A DNA stretch of 64,000 nt from an uncultured delta proteobacterium (GTDB taxonomy: Bacteria; Myxococcota_A; Polyangia; Polyangiales; Polyangiaceae): contig CAVQUB010000004.1 in the NCBI GenBank assembly GCA_963716725.1, positions 1 to 64,000 on the forward strand, in the 5' to 3' direction. This document shows positions 56,967 through 64,000 of the stretch, one piece after another. The position numbers were made by a program, and so were the translations under genes. How positions within the stretch are numbered: the stretch's first letter is position 1; every line of letters starts with the position of its first letter. The notes below the pieces were generated by a model, which saw only the letters and a program-made list of their open reading frames with translations, was not told where the DNA came from and searched no databases.

Positions 56967-59657
56967 ATGCGCCTCGCCATCGTCGTCGTTCCCTCCGTAG
57001 CCAAAGCCAAGGCGACGGCCCGTCGGGTGTCTGCCCTCGCGGACCGATTGGTCGAGAGGCTCGCGGAACCGGACGCCGCCTATCGAGTCGAGGTGCTGGA
57101 GGCTCGCGGCCGACTCGGCGAGCGAGTCGAGGCGCTCTTGCGCGAGAGCCGCCCGGCGGGGCCCACCTTCGTCTTCGTGTCGTCCGAGCTCGTCCTCGAC
57201 GAAGAAGGACCGGCCTTCGCCCTCGCCGGCGACGCGCGCCTGCCGTTGATCGATCTGCGTACCACCCTGGCGGCCCACGCCGATCAGGTGATTCTGGTCG
57301 TTGACGCCAGGCACGTGCCCGACCTCGACGATCCGACGCTCTCGGCGACGTTGATCGACGCGGCGCGCGCGGCCGTCGAGCCGCGGGAGAGCGGCATCAC
57401 CCTCATGATCGGCGCGGAGCCCGACGCCGAAGGTGAAGCGGGCGCGTCGCTCTTCGCCCAGGCGTTCTTGGCGGCGCTCGACCGAGCGCGTTCCCAGCTG
57501 TCGCGCAGTGGCGGGGTCGGCGCCGACGCCGTGTATCGAGAGATGAAGGACGACGGAGACCGTTTCCACGCCATCCCCGCCGCCGGCTTCTTCCCCGGGC
57601 GAGGCGACTTTCCGGTGCTCGTCCAGCAGAGCGTGGTCGTCGGCGGCGCCGAGTCCAGTCCGCCCTCCCGCCGCAGCGGTCACCCCGCCGCCGCCAGCGT
57701 GCGCCCGTCGATCCCGCCGGGGGCGCGAACTCCTGCGGTCGAGGAGGCGTGGAAGCAGGGCAGCGCTGCGGCCTCCCAGGGACGGCACGCTGAGGCCGTG
57801 GAGCACTACAAGAAGGCGCTCTTGCTGCTCGGAAAGAAGCCCGAGCGGGCGGAACTCTACCATCGCATGGGCGACGCCAAGGCAGCGCTCGGCAAGAACG
57901 CCGAGGCGCTGCACAACTACGACAAAGCGCTCGGCGTCGAGCCCTTGCACCACGAGGCGTTCGAACGCGCGCGTGCTTTGCTCGAAGCCGAAAAGAGCTT
58001 CGCGCGACTCGAGGCCCTGTATCGGCGCCGGCTCGAGGCCCGCAGCGACGTCACCGCCAAGGTCAAGGAGCTGGCGGCGATCGCGACGCTGTGGGTCGAC
58101 CGAGCCAAGGATCCATCGAAGGCCATCCCCGCCCTCGAACACTGGGTGCGCCTGAGCGAAGACGCCGAAGCGCTGGAGCGCCTGGTCGACGCGCTCTCCG
58201 CGGCGGGCCGACACGCGGGAGCCAACGAAGCTCGCAAGCGGCTCGCCAAGCTGATCGAAGATGACCCTCCGAAGAGGGCCGGGGTGCTGGCCGCTGCGGC
58301 CCAGGTCGCGCAGAAGCACCTGCCCGGGGGCGGGGACGCGCTGGATCTGGCGCGGGCCGCCCTCGACGCCGACGCCAACGTGCTGTCGGCGTTGGAGGTC
58401 GCGGCGCTGGCACTGGGCACGCGTCGGCGCTGGCGAGAGCTGGCGGAGATCTACGAGAGCATCTTGCCGCGCATTGCCGACGACGTCGTGGCCTGGGATC
58501 TCGGCAAGAAGCTGGGCATGCTCTACCGCGACGAGCTCGACGACCTCGACGCCGCGCTCCGGGTCTTCACCGTGTCGGCGCAGAAGAACCTGGCCGACGT
58601 GGAGATCCGCTTCTGGCTCGCGGAGCTCTACGAAGCTCGCCAGGATCACGCCGCGTCGGCCGAGCAGATGCGGCAGGCCGCGTTTTCCGCGCCCGAGCGA
58701 GGGGACGTGCACCGACGAGCGCTCTGGTGCTTCGAGAAGACCGGAGACGCAGACGCCGCCTGGAACGCCGCGTGTGTGCTCGATCAGCTCGGCGAAGCCG
58801 ATATCAACGAGTCACTCGTCGCCGACGCCCACCGCCCCGAGGGGCTGATCAACGCGCGCGGTGCCTTCGGTCCGGATCAGTGGTGCGATCTCCGCCCCGA
58901 GCGGGACGCGGCCCTCGATCACGTGCTCGCGCTCGTGACGCCGGCAGCCATCGAGCTTCGCCTAGAGCGACTCGAAGCAGGAGGGCAGCTGCCCAAGTTG
59001 ACCGACGCGACCCTGCAAAACCCCACAGGCACGACCACGTTGATGCGCAGCCTGAGCTGGACGGCTCGGCTCTTCGGGGTGCAAGCGCCCGCCGTGCACG
59101 TGCTTCCCAAGGTCGACGGCGATCTCACGCCCTTGCCCCTCGGCGAGGGGACCGCGGCCGCGGGCATCGCCCTGGCGAGCGGCCTCGAGCTCCCCGATCT
59201 GGCCTTTCTGTGGGCCCGGGTCCTGGCCTATCTCCACCCGGATCATCGGCTCCTGGTCTTCTATCCCACGGCGCCGGACGTCGCCAAGCTCCTACTCGCG
59301 GCCATGGCCGTAGCCCGAGACGAGACGGTGGAAGGTGACGCGGGCGTCGTGGCAGAGCGATTGCTGAGCGTGTTGGATGACTCGGCGCGCGACGAGCTCG
59401 CTCGCGCCGTGACCGAGCTCGGTAAGAAGCGGCTCAAGAGTCGCGTGGCGTCCCACGTCAGGTGCGTGCACGCGGCGGCGGGGCGTGCTGGGCTGGTGGC
59501 GACGGGCGACCTCGCCCGGGCCATCTCGGTGGTCGGCAGATCCCCGCTGCGGTCCGGCCCGTCCGAGGCCGAGCAGATCGGGGATCTCAGGGCCTTCGCC
59601 ATCAGCGCTGCGCACGGCCGAATTCGGCGCCACCTCGGCGTCGCACTTCGAAGCTGA
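56967..59657 (+). CDS. Large TPR protein with a degenerate caspase-like N-terminal domain
   Basis: Central TPRs (AVEHYKKAL, ALHNYDKAL); N-terminal alpha/beta domain with FVFVSSE and VVDARH; C-terminal helical domain ending AGLVATGDL. Confidence 0.7.
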   Translation: MRLAIVVVPSVAKAKATARRVSALADRLVERLAEPDAAYRVEVLEARGRLGERVEALLRESRPAGPTFVFVSSELVLDEEGPAFALAGDARLPLIDLRTTLAAHADQVILVVDARHVPDLDDPTLSATLIDAARAAVEPRESGITLMIGAEPDAEGEAGASLFAQAFLAALDRARSQLSRSGGVGADAVYREMKDDGDRFHAIPAAGFFPGRGDFPVLVQQSVVVGGAESSPPSRRSGHPAAASVRPSIPPGARTPAVEEAWKQGSAAASQGRHAEAVEHYKKALLLLGKKPERAELYHRMGDAKAALGKNAEALHNYDKALGVEPLHHEAFERARALLEAEKSFARLEALYRRRLEARSDVTAKVKELAAIATLWVDRAKDPSKAIPALEHWVRLSEDAEALERLVDALSAAGRHAGANEARKRLAKLIEDDPPKRAGVLAAAAQVAQKHLPGGGDALDLARAALDADANVLSALEVAALALGTRRRWRELAEIYESILPRIADDVVAWDLGKKLGMLYRDELDDLDAALRVFTVSAQKNLADVEIRFWLAELYEARQDHAASAEQMRQAAFSAPERGDVHRRALWCFEKTGDADAAWNAACVLDQLGEADINESLVADAHRPEGLINARGAFGPDQWCDLRPERDAALDHVLALVTPAAIELRLERLEAGGQLPKLTDATLQNPTGTTTLMRSLSWTARLFGVQAPAVHVLPKVDGDLTPLPLGEGTAAAGIALASGLELPDLAFLWARVLAYLHPDHRLLVFYPTAPDVAKLLLAAMAVARDETVEGDAGVVAERLLSVLDDSARDELARAVTELGKKRLKSRVASHVRCVHAAAGRAGLVATGDLARAISVVGRSPLRSGPSEAEQIGDLRAFAISAAHGRIRRHLGVALRS

Positions 59658-59660
59658 GGC

Positions 59661-59981
59661 TCAGCGCGCGCTGACTGAAGGGGCGGGCGCCGCCGCGCCG
59701 CCGCGAACGCTGCAGGTATAGCTGCCGACCAGGAATAGCCCACGTGCGCAGCCCACCGTGACCAACCCGCGCCCTTCGCTTTGGTAGTCGAAGCTCTGAC
59801 CGATGGGGCCCTTCTCTTCGCGCATCAGCTTGGGCTGCGTGTCGCTGGGAGACGCGGCGAGCTTCTGCGCCATCTGGCGCACCTCGCTGTTGTCCGCAAA
59901 CACGTTGTAGATGCCCAGGGCCGAGGTGACGAGTAGCACGACAGGCAGCAGGGATCGGAGCGGGCTTCTTCCTTCAGCCAT
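59661..59981 (-). CDS. Small hypothetical membrane-anchored protein
   Basis: N-terminal hydrophobic helix, C-terminal CARGLFLVGSYTC; 3 nt after the methyltransferase stop. Confidence 0.6.
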   Translation of the reverse strand: MAEGRSPLRSLLPVVLLVTSALGIYNVFADNSEVRQMAQKLAASPSDTQPKLMREEKGPIGQSFDYQSEGRGLVTVGCARGLFLVGSYTCSVRGGAAAPAPSVSAR

Positions 59982-59984
59982 GGC

Positions 59985-60578
59985 TCACCCGGACATCTCG
60001 AGCTCGAAGAACGGGACTTCGCGCTCTTTGCTCCACCACAAGCCACAGCCGACATTGAGGAAGTGTTTGTTCAGAATGCCGCGGTAGTATGAGCCGTTGC
60101 GCACGTGGATGTCCGCGTCGGTGCGAACCTCGTCGCAGCGCTCGCGCAAATCGAGTCGCGTCGTCACCTCGAGGTAGACGAGCCCCTTGCTCATGGCGGC
60201 GATGTTCGCGACGGCGGGCGCCACGTCGGGGTCGGGCAAGTACTGCATCACGCCCTGGCACACGATCAGATCGTGTTTCTTGCGGTCGCGCCAGCGGGCG
60301 ATGTCTCGGTGCGAAAAGCCGTACTTCTTGCACATCGACTGGCTCACTTCGGTCCCTGTGTAGGCGACGCCCTTGGTGTTCTTCTCGAGCCAACGCTTCC
60401 AGTGCCCGACGCCCGCGCCGATGTCGAGCACGGTCTTGACTTCGATCTTGTTGTAGCGAGCGAATGCGATGACAAACTCGGCCAGCGCAGCGTGCTCGTC
60501 CGCCGAGGTCACCCGGGTCTTCGGGTCTTCGTAGAAGCGATGGTAGTAGGCTTCATCGAAGCGCCGGAAACGGTCCAT
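59985..60578 (-). CDS. Class I SAM-dependent methyltransferase
   Basis: VLDIGAGVG motif I, DLIVCQGVMQYL; ATG 60578 is 7 nt after TAGACT. Confidence 0.85.
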   Translation of the reverse strand: MDRFRRFDEAYYHRFYEDPKTRVTSADEHAALAEFVIAFARYNKIEVKTVLDIGAGVGHWKRWLEKNTKGVAYTGTEVSQSMCKKYGFSHRDIARWRDRKKHDLIVCQGVMQYLPDPDVAPAVANIAAMSKGLVYLEVTTRLDLRERCDEVRTDADIHVRNGSYYRGILNKHFLNVGCGLWWSKEREVPFFELEMSG

Positions 60579-60663
60579 GCGCGGGAGTCTACCGCGAGGG
60601 CTCGGTGCGCGGGTAGCCCAAGAACCCGCGTTTGTTGGGCCGGGCACGCGGCCGGGAGGCGCT

Positions 60664-61449
60664 TCACGCTCGCCTCGGGGCGGGGGAGCCGCTCGTTCGG
60701 AGCGCCTCGCGGAAGCCAAGCACGGGCGAAAGCTCGTAGGGCTCCAACAGCACCGGCAGCTCGCGCTCCACCGCGTAGCCCTCCGGCGTGGGTCGGATCT
60801 CGAGCGCGCGAAAGCGCACGCCGGCCTGCGACGCGCGCCTAGCGGCCCGGGCGAAGGTTGGATCGTGTGCATCCGAAGGGCGCACCGCGCGTGCGCCCGC
60901 TCGCTGCACCGTGAAGATCACGGTGGCTGCGCCGCCGCCCCGAGTGACGGCCGTGAGTTCGTGCAAGTGGCGCGTCGCTCGCTCGGACTCGGCGTCGGGG
61001 AAGTAAGCGATGCCATCGGGGTACACGAGATGACAGTTCTTCACCTCGACCAAGTGCTCGCGCGTCTTCGTCGTGAGCCGAAAGTCGACGCGTGAGCCAT
61101 GGCCGTAGGCATACTCGGGTCGCACTTCGGTGAAGCGTCGCAGCCCCGGCAGCGTCCGCGCTTCGAGCACGGCGCGGACCAGTCGATTGGCCATCAGCGT
61201 GTTGACGCCGATCAGCCCCGTGTCGAGCTCGAGCAGCTCCCAGGTGTAGGCGAGCTTGCGCCCGGGGCGAGCCGGCGAGACGAAGACGCGGCGTCCGGGC
61301 ACCAGCAGGCCTTCCATGCGACCGGTGTTCACGCAGTGCGCCACCACCTCGCGTGAGTCCGCGAGGCGCACGTCGGCGAAGAAGCGCTTGCGCCGCCCCA
61401 GGAACTCACCGGGCAAGAGCGGCGTCGGGTGAGGGACGAAGGCAAGCAC
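60664..61449 (-). CDS. sfsA: DNA/RNA nuclease SfsA
   Basis: RKRFFADV, AHCVNTGRM, SRVDF, VEVKNC, FPDAESERATRHL. Confidence 0.92.
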   Translation of the reverse strand: MLAFVPHPTPLLPGEFLGRRKRFFADVRLADSREVVAHCVNTGRMEGLLVPGRRVFVSPARPGRKLAYTWELLELDTGLIGVNTLMANRLVRAVLEARTLPGLRRFTEVRPEYAYGHGSRVDFRLTTKTREHLVEVKNCHLVYPDGIAYFPDAESERATRHLHELTAVTRGGGAATVIFTVQRAGARAVRPSDAHDPTFARAARRASQAGVRFRALEIRPTPEGYAVERELPVLLEPYELSPVLGFREALRTSGSPAPRRA

Positions 61450-61451
61450 GC

Positions 61452-62574
61452 TTAGGGCTCGAGCCCCGCGCGCTCGCGCAGGGCGCGGACGACGGCCAGT
61501 GCGTTGCCCAAGCGGTCCGCGGCGCGCCCGCGCACTTCGACCGCCGGCCGAGTGAGCCCCGCGCGCACGATCACCGACTCGAGGGTGCCCGGGGCGCGTT
61601 CGAAGGCGTTCGACCACAGCGACTTGAGACTGAGCCCTGCTGCTTCGAGCCCGGCCGCCGCCATCAGGTCGAGGGTGCTCTGGTTCCAAGCCAGAGATCA
61701 GGTCGCGAGGTCGCCGAAACTGGAGAAAAGCGCTGCGAACATCCCGCAGCGAGCTTGCCGTGGACCAATCGGCGTCCGCGAGTTGCATGTAGTGCCGTCC
61801 CGCTGGAATTGGTCCCGCGACGACGCGGTCGAAGGGCTCACCGCCCGCAGGCCGGGCAGCGGTGAGCTGCACCAACGATCGGCCGGGCGGATCTGGCGCC
61901 GACTCGGCGTACACGATCACGAGATCGTTCCAGCGCTCGGCGATGGCACGGGCCACGCCCCGAGCCGAACCCGCCAGCCTTCGCTTGGCGCGGCGGGGAC
62001 CTGGCCGCTCGCGGACGTAGCGCACCTGATCGTCGATCATCGAATCGAAGGCAGCGAGCAGTTCATCGAGGCCTTGGGTCTCTGGCTCGAGAACACGCAG
62101 TGCCGCGACCACGGCCTCGACGGTGGAGACACACTCGATCCTCGGCTCGCGTCGGATGCGGTAACGACTCGGTTCGATGGCGCCGAGCGTCACCCGGGGG
62201 ATGCCTCGAAGCCAGCCGAGCTCCCGCCACAGCGTGTGGGCGTGGTGCCAGGTCCCGTCGAGCACGATGAGTTGGTCGGGGCGCTCGCTGGGCGCCAGGG
62301 TCTCGAGTGGGCGCGCGTCGGCTCCGGGATACAAGAGCGCCGTGCCGGGGTTCACGCCGGGCAGTTCGCGCCGCGGACCCTTCAATGAGATCACGTCGAG
62401 CCTGGTGCGAGCCAATCCGAGCGCGAGCAGTCGTGCAGTGCCGATGGCGTGCCGCCGCTCCCGCGGGTGCTGGAGTAGCCACACCGTGGTCGTATTGTCG
62501 ACGCGTGGCACCCGCGCACAGACACACGTGACCGTGGGCTTCATGCACGAGTAGCAGAAGGACCTGCCGGTCAT
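61452..62574 (-). CDS. DTW-domain tRNA-uridine aminocarboxypropyltransferase with C-terminal extension (frameshift near 61691)
   Basis: CYSC...CVC, LQHPRE, LLYPG, LDGTW, SRYRIR, STVEAV. Removing one base near 61691 gives ISAWNQSTLDLMAAAG, which joins ORF 61452..61664. Confidence 0.82.
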
Positions 62575-64000
62575 TTCGGTTTGGGCAAGGTCTTGCGCTT
62601 CTCTTCGCCCTTGGTGCCGCTGGCTGTCGGAGCTGGGGGCGGCTGAGCGGACGGCGTGGGCGCGGGGGCAGTCGTGCCAGTGGCGGCCGGCGTGGTGGGG
62701 GTTCTGGGCGGGGGGCGCGCGGCCGAAGCGGGCGTTGCCTCGGCACTGCGGCCGGCGGAGGCCACGGGCAAGGCGGCCTTGGGCGTGAGCCCGGCGCTGG
62801 GTTGGGTCGGGCGTTGGGGCCGCGGGCTGGCGTCCTTGGCCGCGACGCCCGGATCGGTCGCGTCGGCGCCGAGCAGGTCGGTGGGCGCTGATTCCGGCGA
62901 GCCACCGCTGGCAGCGGGAGCCACGCCCGGGGTGGTCGCGCCGGAGGTCGCCGCATCCGGCGACTCCCACGGGCGCCACGCGAATGCGGCGATTGCCGCC
63001 GTGCCGATCCCGACGGAACCCACGAGGCCGATCATGCCGAGGGCCAAGAGCGCTGGTCTTTGCCTTGGCGGCGCCGGAGCAGGGGGCGCGGGGCTTCCGG
63101 GGAAAGCAGCCACGATCGGGCGGGTGACCGCGAAGGAATTCGGTGACTGCGACAGGGGGGCCTCCGCGGAGACGAGCGTGGCGACGGTCGCGGCGTCGCG
63201 AACCGAGTGCGGTCCGGCCGCGGCTTCGATTCGAGTGGCTTCGTCGGCTTTGTCCTGAAGCGCCGCGGCGTAGCTCGGGATCGCGCCTGAGAGAACCGCC
63301 TGCACGTCCCGCCGCATGGTCTCGGCGTCGGGATACCGAGCCTCTTGGGAGAAGGCGAGCGCCCGATCGACGATGGCGCAGACGGCCGGCAGTACGCCGG
63401 GGGACACCGCAGCGAGGCGCGGAGCGGGCTTGGTCGCCATCGCGACGAGCAGCTCGGCTTCGCTGGGCTCTTCGTGGATGCGACGGCCCGCCAGCGCGCG
63501 AAACATCAGCGCGCCGAGGGCGAACAAGTCGGTGCGGCCATCGACCTTTCCCCGCCGACCCAGCGCCTGCTCCGGGGCCATGTAGGGGATGGTGCCCAGC
63601 GCCAGGCCCGTGCGGGTCTTGAACTCCGAGGGCACGTCGTCGATGACCCGTGCGATCCCGAAGTCCAGGATCTTGAGCCGGCCGTCGTTCATCACGAACA
63701 CGTTGTCGGGCTTGATGTCGCGGTGCACCACGCCGGCGGCGTGGGCAGCGCCCAGCGCGTCGAGGATCTGATCGGTGAAGGACAGCAAGTCGCGAACCGT
63801 GAAGCGATCGGCGTGCTGCATGCGGGCAGAGAGCGGCTCGCCTTCGAGCAGTTCGATGACCAGAAACACATCTGCACCGTCGGTGTGGTCGAGTACCCGC
63901 ACGATGCCGGGATGCCCAATGCGATTGGCGACGTAGGCCTCCCGCAAGAACCGCTCTTTGAGATCGCGGCGCCGTGCCATCTCGGGGTGCAGCAGCTTGA
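62571..64000 (-). CDS. Hanks-type Ser/Thr protein kinase with transmembrane helix and Pro/Ala-rich tail (5' end outside the window)
   Basis: ERFLREA, HRDIKPDN, LDFGIA, GTIPYMAPEQ, DGRTDLFALG. Confidence 0.92.
   Translation of the reverse strand, partial: KLLHPEMARRRDLKERFLREAYVANRIGHPGIVRVLDHTDGADVFLVIELLEGEPLSARMQHADRFTVRDLLSFTDQILDALGAAHAAGVVHRDIKPDNVFVMNDGRLKILDFGIARVIDDVPSEFKTRTGLALGTIPYMAPEQALGRRGKVDGRTDLFALGALMFRALAGRRIHEEPSEAELLVAMATKPAPRLAAVSPGVLPAVCAIVDRALAFSQEARYPDAETMRRDVQAVLSGAIPSYAAALQDKADEATRIEAAAGPHSVRDAATVATLVSAEAPLSQSPNSFAVTRPIVAAFPGSPAPPAPAPPRQRPALLALGMIGLVGSVGIGTAAIAAFAWRPWESPDAATSGATTPGVAPAASGGSPESAPTDLLGADATDPGVAAKDASPRPQRPTQPSAGLTPKAALPVASAGRSAEATPASAARPPPRTPTTPAATGTTAPAPTPSAQPPPAPTASGTKGEEKRKTLPKPK

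Noticed and set aside
60664..62979. 771-aa ORF suggesting a DTW-SfsA fusion protein
   Set aside because: Produced by a single-base shift near 61691; the repaired DTW gene stops at 61452 and sfsA has its own start at 61449.

Overview
Very GC-rich, gene-dense chromosomal segment that reads like a myxobacterium of the Polyangiaceae/Sorangiineae type. The taxonomy is inferred from many Gly/Ser-linker lipoproteins, two Hanks-type Ser/Thr kinases, a tgl-HTH-recO cluster and a MYXO-CTERM-like tail. Core genes include hutH, two PlsC-type acyltransferases, an enoyl-CoA hydratase, a beta-carbonic anhydrase, murJ, engB/yihA, recO, tgl, a Crp/Fnr regulator, tsaB, a class V aminotransferase, gor, sfsA, a DTW protein, tRNA-Val(CAC) and tRNA-Pro(GGG). 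Accessory content includes an ECF sigma/anti-sigma/Spy-like/MacAB-TolC locus, a stand-alone OmcA/MtrC-type decaheme lipoprotein with two identically spaced Cx5CxCx5C inserts and a sigma54-like promoter, and a decayed islet at tRNA-Val (excisionase-like relic, RelE/HigB-HTH toxin-antitoxin pair). There are also several secreted hydrolases and lectin-like proteins. Several genes carry single-base frameshifts, often in short homopolymers and dense in the first 1.2 kb; these look like long-read assembly errors and create false ORF ends and fusions. I saw no CRISPR array, rRNA, intact transposase or integrase, known defence operon or biosynthetic cluster. The most novel-looking signals are the modified orphan decaheme cytochrome, a probable pseudo-caspase-TPR protein, a DTW-pseudo-exonuclease fusion, a beta-clamp-like/Zn-ribbon/lectin fusion, and a recurrent TANNNT box 6-8 nt before start codons that suggests leaderless mRNAs. 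All family calls come from motif recognition by eye; no database searches were run.
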